A DNA stretch of 64,000 nt from Isurus oxyrinchus (taxonomy: Eukaryota). This document shows, one piece after another, positions 39,121 to 53,605 of this stretch. Made by a program: the position numbers and the translations under genes. Location: positions 2,356,001 to 2,420,000 of the forward strand of contig JANJGN010000036.1 in NCBI GenBank assembly GCA_026770705.1, given 5' to 3'. How positions within the stretch are numbered: the first letter of the stretch is position 1; each line of letters begins with the position of its first letter. The notes under the pieces are model-generated. The model saw nothing but the letters and a program-made list of their open reading frames with translations, ran no database searches and was not told the origin of the DNA.

Positions 39121-42100
39121 TCTCCACCGAACCCCTCGAATAGATTCCAATCTGTAACTCACAACCGGGTATCTGTTATTCTATATATAAACCAGCAAGA
39201 ACCCCTCAATTAGATTCCAGCCTGTATCTCACTCCCGGGTATCTGTTATCTGATATATAAACCAAACCAAACCCCTCGATTAGATTCCAGTCTGTAACTC
39301 ACACCCGGGCAAATGTTATTCTTTATATATTATATACATATGATTTATATATAAATCACCCTGAACCACTCAATTAAATACCAGCCTGCAACTCACTCCT
39401 GAATATCAGTTATTCTGTATAAAAGCCATCCCAAAGCCCTCGGTTAGATTCCACTCTGTATCTTACTGCCGCGTATCAGTTATCCTATATATAAAGCACC
39501 CCGAAACTCTTGATTAGTTTCCGGCCTGTAACTTACATCTGGAAATCTGTTATCCCATATATAAAGCACCCCAAAACCCTTGATTAGATTCCAGTCTGTA
39601 ACACACTGCCGGGTATCTGTTATCCTAAATATAAACCACCCCAAAAACCTTGATTAGATTCCAGTCTGTAACTCACTCCCGGGTATCTGTTATTCTATAT
39701 GTACCCCACCCCGAGCCCCTCGAATAGATTCAAGTCTGTAATTGCCTCCCTCGATTAGATACCACTCTGTAATTTACACCTGGGTATCGGTTATTTTATG
39801 TATAAACCACCATGAACACCTCGATTAGATTCCAGTCTGTACCTTAATCTCGGGAGTCTGTCATTCTATATATACGCCCCCCGAACCACTAGATTAGATT
39901 GCAGTCTGTAACTCACTCCCGGGCATCAGTTGTTCTTTATATATTATATACATATGATGTGTATATAAACCACACCGAACACCTCAATTAAATGCCAGCC
40001 TGTAACTCACTTCCGGGTATCTGTTAATCTGTAGCTGAACTATCCTGAACACCTCGAATAGATTCCGGAGTGTAACTCAGTCTCGGGTATCTGTTAATCA
40101 AAATGTAAACTAACATGAGCCCCTTGATTAGATTCCAGTCTGTTATTCTTTATATAAAGCACCCCGAACCCTTCAATTATACTCTAGCCAAAACTCACTC
40201 CCAGATAACAGTTATCCTACATATAAGCCACCCAGAGCCCCTCAATTAGATTCCATTCTATGACTCACATCTGGGCAAATGTTATTGTTTATATATTATA
40301 TACTGATGATGTATACATAAACCACCCTTAACAGCTCAATTAAATTCCAGTCTGTAGCTCACTCCCGGGTATCTGTTATTGGATATAAAAACCACTCCAA
40401 ACCCCTCAATTTGCTTCCAGCCTGTAACTCACTCCAGGATATCTGTTATCCTATATATAAACCACCCCAAACCACTCGATTATTTTGCAGTCTCTAACTC
40501 ACTCACACGTATCTGTTATTCTCTATATAAAACACCCCAGACCCCTTGATTAGATTCCAGTCTGTAACACAATCCAGTGCATCTGTTATTCTATATATAA
40601 AACAACCCGAAAATCTTGATTACATCCCGGTCTGTAACTCACTCCCAGGTATCTTTTATCCTATTTATAAGCCCCCCTGAACCCCTTGATTTGATTCCAG
40701 TCTGTAACTTACTCCGGGTATCTGTTATCCTATACATAAACCACCATGAACTCCTCGATTAGATTCTAGTCTGTACCTCACTCCCGGGTATCTGTTATTC
40801 TATATATAAACCACACTACAACCCTCGATTAGATTCCAGTCTGTAACTCCCACCAGGTGCCAGTTATCCTATATATAAACAACCACGAACACTTCAGTTA
40901 GACTTCAGTCTGTAACTCACTCCCGGGAATCTGTCATTCTCTATATAAACCACCCTGAACATCTCAATTATATTCCAAGCTGTAACTCACTCCCGGGTAT
41001 CTGTTATCACACATATAAACCACCACAATCCCCATAATTAGGTTCTGGTCTGTAACTCACTCCAGCGTGCCTGTTATCCCATATATAAACCACACCGAAC
41101 CCTTCGATTAGATTCCAGTCCATAACTCACATCCGGGTATTGGTTATTCTTTGGATAAATGACCACGAACCCTTCGATTAGATTCCAGCCTGTACCTCAC
41201 TCCCGGGAATCTGTCATTCCATATATAAGCCCCCCGAGCCAATCGATTAGATTCCAGTCTGCAACGCACTCCCGGGCAACTCTTATTCTTTATAAATTAT
41301 ATACATATGATGTTTATATAAACCACCCGGATACCTCAATTAAATTCCAGCCTGTAACTCACTCCTGGGTATCTCTTATTCTGTATAACACTATCCTGAA
41401 CAACTGGACTAGATTCCAGTCTGAAACTCAGTCCTATGTATCTGTTATTTGAAGTAAGAACAACTCCAAACCCCTCGATCAGAACCCAGTCTGCAACTCA
41501 CTCCTGGGTACCTTATTCTGTATGTAAACCACCCCAAAGCACTCGATTAGATTGCAGTCTGTAACTCACTCCCGTGTATCTGTTATTCGATAAAAAACCA
41601 CTCCAAATCCCTCGATTAGATTGCAGTCTGTAACACACTCCCGGGTACCTGTTATTCTATACATAAACCCCCTCAAACCCCTCAATTAGATTCTAGTCTG
41701 TAACTCACTGCCGAGTATCTGTTATTCTCAATATAAATCCCCGAACCCCTCAATTAGATTCCAGTCTGTAACTCACATCCAGATATCTGTTATTCTTTAT
41801 ATAAACCACCTCGAAACCCTCAATTAGATTCCAGCCTGTAACTCACACCCGGGTATCTGCTTTAAAATATATATAAACCACCACAAACGCCTTGAATAGA
41901 TTCTGGTCTGTAACTCACTCCAGGGTATCTGTTCACAATATATAAACCAACCTAATCCCATCGATTATATTCCAGTCTGTAACTCACTCCCGCCTATCTG
42001 TTATCCTGTATATAAACCACCCTGAAACTCTCAATTATATTCCAGCCTGTAACGCACTCCCGGGTATTTGTTATCATATACCTAAACCACCACAAACCTC

Positions 42101-45100
42101 TTGATTAGATTCCAGTCTGTAACTCCATCCCGGGTATCTGTTATCATTTATATCAACCACCCTAAACCCCTCGATTAGATTCTAGTCTGTAAGTCACTCC
42201 CGGTTATCTGTTATCATATATATATAAACCACCCCAAGCCCTTCGATTAGATTCTAGTCTATAACTCACTCCCGAGTGCCTATTATCCTATATATAAAAC
42301 ACTACAAACACCTCGATTAGATTCCAGTCTGTACCTCACTTCCGGTAATCTGTCATCTTTATGTAAGCCACCCCGAGCCCGTTGATTAGATTTCAGCCTG
42401 TAACACACTCGCGGGTATCTGCTTTACTAAATATAAACCACCACAAACTCCTTGATTAGATTCTGGTCTCTAACTCTCTCTCGGGTATCTGTTAACCTAT
42501 GTATAAACCACACTGTTCCCCTTGATTATATTCAAGATTGTAACTCACTCCCAGGTATCTGTTATCATATATATAAACCACTCTGAGGCCCTCGATTCGA
42601 TTCCAGTCTGTAACTCAATCCCGCGAGCCTGTTATCCTTTTTATAAACAACACCGAAGCCCTCGATTAGATTCCAGTCTGTAACTCAATCCCAGGTATCA
42701 ATTATTCCAAGTATAAATGACGACGAACCCCTCAATTAGCGTCCAGCCTGTAATTCACTCCCGGGTATTTGTTATCCTATATAAACTGCCCTGAACCCCA
42801 CGGTTATATTCCAGCCTGTAACTCACTCCTGGGTATCTGTTATTCGATACAAAAACCAATCTAAACCATTCAATTAGATTCTAGTCTGTAACTCACTCCC
42901 GGGAATCTGGTATTCGACAAAAACACCACTCCAAATCCCTCGATTAGATTGCATTCTGTAACACACTCCTGGGTAATTGTTATTCTGTATATAACCGCCT
43001 CCCCCCCCCCCCCCCCCCCCCCCCCAAACCCCTCAATTAGATTCCAGTCTGTAGCTCACTGCCGGGTATTTGTGATTCCAAATATAAACCACAGAACCCC
43101 ACAATTAGATTCCAGTCTGTAACTCACATCCAGATATCTGTTATTCTTTATATAAACCACTTCGAAACCCTCAATTAGATTCCAGCCTGTAACTCACTCC
43201 CGGGTATCTGCTTTAAAATATATATAAACTACCATAAACCCCTTGAATAGATTCCGGTCTGTAGCTCACTCCAGGGTATCTGTTCACCTATATATAAACC
43301 AATCTGATCCCCTCGATTATATTCCAGCCTGTAACTCACTCCCGTGTATCTGTTATCATATACGTAAACCACCACAAACCTCTAGATTAGATTCCGGTCT
43401 GTAACTCCATCCCGGGTATCTGTTATCATATATATATAAACCACCCTAAACCCCTCGATTAGATTCTAGTCTGTAAGTCACTCCCGGTTATCTGTTATCC
43501 TATATATATATACCAGTACGAGCCTCTCGATTAGATTCCAGTCTGTAACTCACTCCCAGGTGCCTATTATCCTCCATATAAAACATTACAAACACGTCGA
43601 TTAGATTCCAGTCTGTACCCCACTTCCAGGAATCTGTCATCCATATATAAGCCACCCCGAGCACCATGATTAGATTTCAGCCTGTAACCCACTCGCGGGT
43701 ATCTGCTTTACTATATATAAACCACCACAAACTCCTTGATTAGACTCTGGTCTCTAACTCACTCCCAGGTATCTGTTAACCTATATATAAACCACACTGA
43801 TCCCCTCGATTATATTCAAGACTGTAACTCACTCCCAGGTATCTGTTATCCTATATATAAACCACCCCGAGCCCCTCGATTCGATTCCAGTCTGTAACTC
43901 ACTCCCAGGTATCGATAATTCCAAGTATAAACGATGACAAACCCCTCAATTAGCGTCCAGCCTGTAATTCACTCCCGGGTATTTGTTATCCTATATATAA
44001 ACCGCCCTGAACCCCATGATTAAATTCCAGCCTGTAACTCACTCCCAGTATCTGTTATCATATGTATAAACCACTACAAAACCCAATATTAGATTCTGGT
44101 CAGTAACTCCCTCCTGGGTGCCTGTTATCCTGGACATAAACCACACTGATCCACTCAATTAGATTCCAGTCTGTACCTCACTCCTGGGAATCTGTCATTC
44201 CATATATGAGCCCCCCGAACCCCTCGATTAGATTCCAGTCTGTAACTCACTCCCTGGTATCTGTGGTTCGACATTTAAACCCCCAAACCCCTCGATTAGA
44301 TTCCACTCTATAACTCACTGCCGAGTATCTGTGATTCTAAATATAAACTCCCAAAGCCCTCAATTAGTTTCCAGTCTGTTACTCAAATCCAGATATCTGT
44401 TATTCTTTATATAAAACACCCCAAACCCCTCAATTGGATTCCAACCTGTATCTCACTCCCGGGTACTGTTATCCCCCATATAAACCAAACCAAACCCCTC
44501 GATTAGACTCCAGTCTGTAACTCACACCCGGGCAACTGTTAATCTTTATATATTATATACATATGATTTATATATAAACCACCCTGAACCACTCAGTTAA
44601 ACACCAGCCTGAAACTCACTACCGGATATCTGTTATCCTATATATAAACCACCCCAAAACATTTGATTGGATTCCGGTCTGTAACTCACTCCCGCGTTAT
44701 CTGTTATCCCATATATAAACCACCACAGACCCCTCGATTAGATTCCAGTCTGTACCTCACCCTTGGAAGTCTGTCATTCTATATATAAGCCCCCCCGAGC
44801 CACTTGATTAGATTGCACTCTATAACTCACTCCCGGGAATCTATTATTCTTTATATATTGTATACATTTGATGTATATATAAACCACACAGAACACCTCA
44901 ATTAAATTCCATCCTGTAAATCACTCCCGGGTATCTGTTAATCTGTAGCTAAACTATCCTGAACACCTCGAATAGAAACCGGTCTGTAACTCACACCTGG
45001 GTATCTGTTATCCTATATATAAACTACCCCAAACACACAATTAGATTCCAGTCTGTAACTCACTCCCAGGTATCTGTTATTCTATATATAAAACAACTCG

Positions 45101-48100
45101 AACCTCTTGATTACGTCCCGGTCTGTAACTCACTCCCAGGTATCTGTTATCCTATATATAAGCCCCCTGAATCCCTCGAATTGATTCCAGTCTGTAAATC
45201 ACTCCCGGGTGCCTGTTTTCCTATAAAAATCCCACCACGAATATTTCAATTAGATTCCCATCTGTACCTCACTCCCGGGTATCTGTTATCCGAAGTATAA
45301 ACCACCCCGAAACCCTTGATTAGATTCCAGTCTGTAACTCAGTCCCAGGTTTCTGTTAATCTGTATAAAAACTATCCTGAACACCTGGATGAGATTCCAG
45401 TCTGTAACTCACTCCCGGGTATCTGTTATTCTATATTTAAACCACCCTGAAGCCTTCGATTAGATTCCAGACTGTAATTCACTCCCGGGTATCTGTTATT
45501 CGATAAAAAAAACACTCTAAACCCCTCAATTTGATTCCAGGCTGTAACTCACTCCTGGGTGCCTGTTATCCTAAATATAAACCACCCCGAAACCCTTGAT
45601 TAGATTCCAGTCTGTAACTCAGTCCAGGGTATCTGTTATCCTATATATAAACCACCACGAACACCTCGATTAGAGTCCAGTCTGTACCTCTCTCCCGGGT
45701 ATCTCTTATTCTACATATAAAACAAACCGAACCTCTTGATTGCATCCCGGTCTGTAACTCACTCCCGGGTATCTGTTATCGTATATATAAGCCCTCTGAA
45801 TCCCTCGAACTGATTCCAGTCTGTAACTCACTCCCGGGTGCCTGTTATCCTAAATATAAACCACCCCGAAACCCTTGATTAGATTCCAGTCTGTAACTCA
45901 GTCCCGGGTCTCTGTTAATCTGTATAAAAACTTTTCTGAACACCTGGACGAAATTCCAGTCTGTAACTCACTCCTGGGTATCTGTTATTCGATATAAAAA
46001 CCACTCTAAACCCCTTGATTTGATTCCAGTCTGTAGCTCACTCCTGGATATCTGTTATCCTATATATAAACCACCCCAAACACACAATTAGATTCCAGTC
46101 TTCAACTCACTCCCGGGTATCTGTTAATCTGTATATAAACTATCCTGAACACCTGGACGAGAATCCAGTCTATAACTCACTGCAGGGTATCTCTTATGCT
46201 ATATATAAAACAACCCGAACCTCTTGATTACATCCTGGTCTGTTACTCACTCCTGGGTATCTGTTATCCTATATATAAGCCCTCTGAACCCCTCGAATTG
46301 ATTCCAGTCTGTAACTCACTCCCGGGTATCTGTTATCCTATATTTAAACCACACGGCACCCTTTGATTAGATTCCAGTCTGTAACTCACACCCGGGTATC
46401 CATTATTCTTTGTATAAACGACCATGAACCCCTCAATTAGATTCCAGTCTGTACCTCACTCTGTGGAATATGTCATTCCATATATAAGACCCCAGAGACA
46501 CTCGATTAGATTCCAGTCTGTAACTCACTCCCGGGCAACTGTTAATCTTCATATATTATATGATGTGTATATAAACATATATACATATAGATGTATATGA
46601 TGCATATAAACATATATATGTATATAACTCACTCCAGGGTATCTGTTAATCTTTATATAATCTATCCTGAACAACTGGAATAGATTCAAGTCTGTAACTC
46701 ACTCCCGCATATCTGTAATTCTATATATAAACCACGCCAAACCCCTTGATAAGATTGCAGTCTGTAACTCACTCCTGGGTATCTGTTATTCTATATATAA
46801 ACCCCCCCCCCCCCACCCCAAAACCCCTTGATTAGATTCCAGTCTGTAACTCACTTCCAGGCATCTGTTTTACTATGAATAAATCACCACAAACCCCTTG
46901 ATTAGATTCCAGTCTGTAACTCACTGCCGGGTATCTGTGATCCAAAATATAAACCACAGAACCCCTGTATTAGATTCAATTTCGTAACTCACATTCAGAT
47001 ATCTGTTATTCTATATATAAACCACCTCGAAACCCTCAAATATATTCCTGCCTGTAATTCACTCCCAGGTATCTGTTATCCTGTATTTAAATCATCCTGA
47101 ACCCCTTGATTAGATTCCAGCCTGTAACTCATTTCCGGGTCTCTGTTTTACTATGTATAAACCACCACAAACTCCTTGATTAGATTCCATTCTGTAACTC
47201 AGTCCAGGGTATCTGTTAACCTATATACAGAACCACCCTGATCCCCTCGATTAGGTTGCAGTCTGTAACTCTCAGGTATTCTATGTTTAAATTACCATGA
47301 ACCCCTCCATTGGATTCCAGCCTGTACCTCACTCCCACGTACCTCTTATCCTATACATAAGCTACCCTGAATCCCTCGATTAGATTCCAGGCTGTAATTC
47401 ACTCTCGGGTATTTGTTATCTTATATATAAATCACCCTGAACCCCTCAATTAGATTCCAGCCTGTAATCCACTCCCGGGTATCTGTTATTCTATATATAA
47501 TCCACCACAAACCCCTTGATTAGATTCCTTTCTGTAACTCAGTCCCGGGTATCTGTTAACTGATATATAAACCACCCTGATCCCCTCAATTAGATTCAAG
47601 TCTGTAACTCATTCCCTGGTATCCGTTATTCTAAATATAACCACCTCAAACCCCTTGATTAGATTCTGGTCTGTAACTCACTCCCGGGTATCGGTTATTC
47701 TATATATAAACCAGTCCGAACCCTTCTATTAGATTCTAGTCTGTAACTCACTCTTGGGTATCTGTTATTCTATATATCAACCCCCGCACCCCTCGATTAG
47801 ATTCCAGTTTAAAATCACTCCCTGGTATCGGTTATTCTATATATAAGCCCACCGAGCCACTTGATTAGATTCCAGTCTGTATCTCACTCCCAGGTGTCTG
47901 CTATCCTAAATATAACCTGCCCCGAACCCCTCGATTAGATTCTATGCGGTAATTCACTCCTGGGTATCTGTTATTCTATATAAAAACCATTCCAAACCAT
48001 TCGATTAGATTCCAGTCTGTAACTCACTCCCTCGTATCTGTTATTCTATACATTAACCACCCCAAACCCCTCAATTAGATTCCAGTCTGTAACTCACTCC

Positions 48101-49366
48101 CGGGTATCTGTTATCCTATATATAAAACACAACAATCCTCTTGATTACACTCTGGTCTGCAACTCACTCCCTGCTTTCTGTTATCCTATATATAAATCAC
48201 CCAGAACCCCTTGAATAGATTCCGGTCTGTAACCCTGGGTATCGGATATTCTATGTATAAACAACCATGAACCCCTCCATTAGATTCCAGCCTCTAACTA
48301 ACTCCCGGGTATCTGTAATTCGATATATAAGCCACCCCAAAACCCTCCATTAGATTCCAGTCTATAACTCACTCCCAGCTAACTGTTCTTGCATATATAA
48401 AACACACCAAACTCCTCGATTAGATTCCAGTCTGTAACTTTCACCTAGACATCTGTTATTCTGTATATTTGATGTACATATGATTCACATATAAACCACC
48501 CCGAAACCCTCTATTAGATTCCGGTCTGTAACTCACTCCCGGGTATTGGTTATTCTATATATAAACCACTCCGAACCCCTTGATTAGATTCCAGTTTGTA
48601 ACTCACTACCAGGCATCTGTTATTCTTTATATATTATATACATATGATGTAAATATAAACCACCTTGAATACATCAATTAAATTCCAGCCTGTAACTCAA
48701 TCTAGGGTATCTGTTAATCTGTATATAAACTATTCTGAACACCTGGACTAGATGCCGGTCTGTAACTCACTCCTGGGTATCTATTATTCTATATATAAAT
48801 CACCCCGAACCCCTTGATTAGATTCCAGTCTGTAACTCACTCCTGGGTATCTGTTATTCTATATATAAACCACCCCGAAGCCCTCGATTAGATTCTAGTC
48901 TGTAACTCACTCCTGGGTATTTGTTATTCTATATATAAACCACACCGAAGCCCTCGATTAGATTCTAGTCTGTAACTTAATCCTGGGTATCTGTTATTCG
49001 ATACAAAAACCACTCCAAGCCCTTTGATTAGCTTCCAATTTGTAACTCACTCCTGGGTATCTGTTATCTTATATATAAAACTTCCCAAACCATTCAATTA
49101 GATTGTAGTCTGTAACTCACTTACGTGTTTCTGTTATTCTTTATATAAACTATCCCTAACTCCTCAATTTGATTCCAGTCTGTAACGCACTCCCGGGTAT
49201 CTGTTATCCTATATATAAACCACCCCGAACCCCTTTGTGGAAGAATAAAATACATCTACAGGACAACTAAATGTTAAACGGTTAAAATCATAGTGGAATA
49301 CTACAGCACAGTTCCCTATTTTTTTCTCGCAGGCACAGGAAAGGAGGAAAGGAGTATCATAAACAA

Positions 49367-49601
49367 ACTAAAAACAAAAAACTACAGATGCTGGAAATCC
49401 AGAACAAAAACAGAATTACCTGGAAAAACTCAGCAGGTCTGGCAGCATTGACGGAGTAGAAAATAGTTGGCGTTTTGAGTCCTCATGACCCTTCAACAGA
49501 CTCTGTTGAAGGGTCATGAGGACTCAAAACGTCAACTCTTTTCTTCTCCGCCGATGCTGCCAGACCTGCTGAGTTTTTCCAGGTAATTCTGGTTTTGTTT
49601 T
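49367..49601. mobile_element. Palindromic Penelope-derived insertion
   Basis: Inverted pLTR arms folding at ~49500; 13-bp TSD GTATCATAAACAA (49354-49366, 49602-49614). Confidence 0.9.
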
Positions 49602-49752
49602 GTATCATAAACAAGCTGCCTGGAATCCTTGATGCAAGGGTGGGATGTCTGCCCCAACACAAAGGGACAGGATCAAGCAATTGTCATTTGTGCTTTAACA
49701 TTTTCACCCCCTAGCACTATAGATAAGGTCAAGCAGGGTTATCTATTCTCTG

Positions 49753-49957
49753 CAACAAAAACAGAATTACCTGGAAAAACTCAGCAGGTCTGGCAGCATC
49801 GGCGGAGAAGAAAAGAGTTGACGTTTCGAGTCCTCATGACCCTTCGACAGAACTTGCTGAGCTCCTGCTGTGTTTTTCCAGGTAATTCTGTTTTTGTTTT
49901 GGATTTCCAGCATCCGCAGTTTTTTTTTTTTTTTGTTTTTTTTTGTTTTTTTTGTTT
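49753..49957. mobile_element. Inverted-arm Penelope-derived insertion (hammerhead motif 49816-49854, minus)
   Basis: 14-bp TSD TTATCTATTCTCTG (49739-49752, 49958-49971). Confidence 0.9.
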
Positions 49958-52900
49958 TTATCTATTCTCTGTCTCACTTCTTATCGCCAGATGGGCTCCT
50001 CCTAAGATCCTGGGTAGTCGTATGCTAGAATAGATCAATTGTATACTGCATGCCGTAAACAACGATTCTCAATGTAATTACTTATTGAAGGTTAGATGGT
50101 TTTATCACATTCAGGCTCTTGGATATGTACAACGTTTACTATAACTATGTGTGCACTCTGATGCTTCTTCAGAGTGTCAGCTAGCTCCACTGTAAGCTGC
50201 TGGGCTGTCCGTGATATCACGGTTTTAATAAAAGGCTTCCGAGACAAATCTCCTGGGTCTGAGTGTTCACTCTGATTTCCACGACACCCTTGATTAGATG
50301 CCGGTCTGTAGCTCACTCTCCGGCATCTGTTATCCTATATAGAAGCCTCCTTCAACCCCTCGATTGGATTCCAGCCTGTACCTCAAACCCGGGTATCTGT
50401 TATCCTATATATAAAACACGATGATCCCCTTGATTACACTCTGGTCTGTAACTCACTCCCTGCTTTCTGTTATCCTATATATAAACCACCCAGAACCCCT
50501 TGAATAGATTCCGGCCTGTAACTCTGGGTATCGGATATTCTATATATAAACAACCATGAACCCCTCCATTAGATTCCAGCCTCTAACTAACCCCCGGGTA
50601 TCTGTAATTTGATATATAAGCCACCCCGAAACCCTCCATTACATTCCAGTCTATAACTCAATACCGGGCATCTGTTATTCTTTGTATATTATATACATAT
50701 GATGTATATATAAACCACCTTGAATACATTAATTAAATTCCAGCCTGTAACTCACTCCAGGGCATCTGCTAATCTGTATATAAACTATTCTAAACACCTG
50801 GTCTAGATACCAGTCTGTAACTCACTCCTGGGTATCTGTTATTCTATATATAAATCACCCCGAAGCCCTCGATTAGATTCTAGTTTATAACTTAATCACG
50901 GGTATCTGTTATTCTATATATAAACCACCCCGAACCCCTTGTTTAGAGTCCAGTCTGTAACTCACTCCTGGGTATCTGTTATTCTTTAGATAAACTATCC
51001 CAAACTCCTCAATTTGATTCCAATCTGTAACTCACTCCCGGCTATCTGTTATCCTATATATAAACCCCCCCCGATCCCCTTGATTAGATGCCAGTCTGTA
51101 GCTCACTCTCGGGCATCTATTATCCTATATATAATTGTCATTCAACCCCTCGATCAGATTCCAGTCTGTACCTCAATCCTGGGTACTGTTATCCTATATA
51201 TAAACCACCCCAAAACCCTCCGTTAGATTCCAGTCTATAACTCACTACCAGGGTACTGTTATTGCATATATAAAGCACACCAAACTCCTCGGTTACATTC
51301 CAGCCTGAAACTAACTCACAGGTGTCTGTTATACTATATATAAACCAACAGGAACCCCTTGATTACATTCCAGTCTGTAACTCACTCCCGGCTATCTGTT
51401 ATCCTATATATAAGCCACGCTGAAACCCTCGATTAGATTCCAGTCTGTAAATCACCCCCGGGTATCTGTTATCCTATATATAAACCACACCGAGCCCCTC
51501 AATTAGATTCCAGTCTGTACCTCAATCCCGGGTGCCTGTTATCCTATTCTTAAACCACCACGAATGCCTCGATTAGATTCCAGTCTGTAACTCACTCCTG
51601 GGCAACTGTTATTCTTTATATATTGTATACACATAATGTTTATATAAACCACCATGAACACCTCAATTAAATTACAGCCTGTAACTCACTCCCAGATCCC
51701 TGTTAATCTGCATATAAACCATCCTGAACACCTCGACTAGAATCCAGTCTGTAACTCACTCCCGGGTATCTGTTATTCGATATAAAAACCACTTCAATCC
51801 CCTCGATTAGATTGCAGTCTGTAACTCACTCCCGGGTATCTGTTACCCTACATGATTAGATTGCAGTCTGTAACTCACTCCCTCGTATCTGTTATTCTAT
51901 ACATAAACCATCACGAACCCCTCACTTAGATTCCAGGCCGTAACTCACTCCTGGGTATCTGTTATCCTATATATAAACCACCCAGAAACCCTTGAATAGG
52001 GTCTGGTCTGTAACTCTGGGTATCGGATATTCTATGTATAAACAACGATGAACCCTTCCATTAGATTCCAACCTCTAACTCACTCCCGGGCATCTGTTAT
52101 CGTATATATAAACCACCACAAACCCTTTGATTAGATACCAGTCTGTCACCCCCTCCTGGATATCTGTTATTATATATATATATATAAACTACCCTGAAAC
52201 CCTCGATTAGGTTCCAATCTGTTCCTCACTCACGGATATCTGTTATTCTATAAATAAAACACCCCTAACACCTCGATTAGATTCCAGCTCTTCCACATCA
52301 CATGTTGAGGAAGAGGTCTCCCTCCATTTTAATGATGGGAAGGGATCTCCCTCTAATTTTAAAGATGGGGAAGGATCTCCCTCCATTTTAAAGAAGGGGA
52401 CAGATCTCGCTCCAATTTAAAGATCGTGAAGTGATATGTCGCACAATATTGTTTTTTATACTCAATGTTTACAGCTTTTTGAACATTTTCAGTTTTCCCC
52501 TGCACTGTCTCTTTCTCTCACCCCGTCTCGTTCATTCACTCTCCTGCCCCAACAGTCTGTCACTCTCACCACGTCTCTCTGTTTCTCACTCTCACCCCAT
52601 CTCTTTACCCGACACTCGACCCCCTCTCTTCATCTCTCTCTTTCACCCCATCCCTTTCTTTTGCTCGCACTGCTCTCTCTACCTCACTCGCTCACCCCAT
52701 CTCTCTCTCTCTGTCTCCCTCATCCTGTCTCTCCACCGCTATGTCCCTCCACCTCTCGTTCCATCTATCTCTCTCTCCCTCTCACTCCTTACCTCCGTTG
52801 CTCTGTTGCTCGTCCTGTCCCCCCATCTCTCTCCTGCTCGCCTTGTCTCTCTGTCGCTCTCTTTCTATCTCTGTCCCTCTCTCGTCCCATCTATCTCTCC

Positions 52901-53009
52901 TACTCTCTCACTCTCTCTCTCTCTCTCTCTCTATCTGTCTCCCAGCTGAAGCTGAATGGAAAATATTTTTAGGGTCCCGGGAAAAGGCAGACGACTGAGT
53001 TCAGTGATA

Positions 53010-53605
53010 CTTGGATACAAAATTGGTGGAGGGAGAGGAAACAGAGATTAATGGTTCATGAGTATTTTTCAGGCTGGAAGAACGTTTGTAGTGGAGTTCC
53101 CCAGGGGTCAGTATTGGGATATTTGATTTTCCTGATGTACATCAATGATTTAGATCTTGGTGTGCAGGGGACCAGTTCAGAGTTTATGGACGGCACAAAA
53201 CTTGGGAGAATTGTAAACATTGATGCGGACAGTGTAGAGCTTCAAAAGGACATTGACAAGTTGGTAGAGTGAGCAGATAGTTGGCCAATGATGTTCAATG
53301 TGGAGAAGTGCGAGGTGATGCATTATGGTAGGAGGAACATGACAGACAAAATAAAATTAGGGGTGAAATTTTGAAGGGGGTGCAGGAGCAGAAAGACCTG
53401 GGTGTATGTGTGCATTGATCATTGAAGATGGCAGGAGAGGGTGAGAGAGTGGTTCATAAAGCATATCGTATCCTGGAATTTATTAATAGGGGCATAGAGA
53501 ACAAGTGCAGGGAGGTTATGCTGAATTTATATAAGACACGAGTTAGACCTCAGCTGGAGTATTGTGTACGGTCCTAGGAGCCACACTATAGGAAGGATGT
53601 GATTC
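53010..53605 (+). mobile_element. CR1-like LINE reverse-transcriptase fragment
   Basis: SGVPQGSVLG..F.MYINDLD..GTKLG and RPQLEYCV motifs, with stops. Confidence 0.88.

Larger units (their letters stand above)
49236..50286 (+). mobile_element. Solo LTR (~0.58 kb after removing two nested Penelope hairpins)
   Basis: Begins TGTGGAA, ends TTCCACGACA (TG...CA with imperfect inverted ends); 5-bp TSD CCCTT (49231-49235, 50287-50291); TATAA at ~50140 and AATAAA at ~50227. Confidence 0.8.
39120..52290 (+). repeat. 70-bp satellite array (~170 units) with higher-order structure
   Basis: Consensus AAACCACCCCGAACCCCTCGATTAGATTCCAGTCTGTAACTCACTCCCGGGTATCTGTTATTCTATATAT; interrupted at 49236-50286. Confidence 0.95.
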
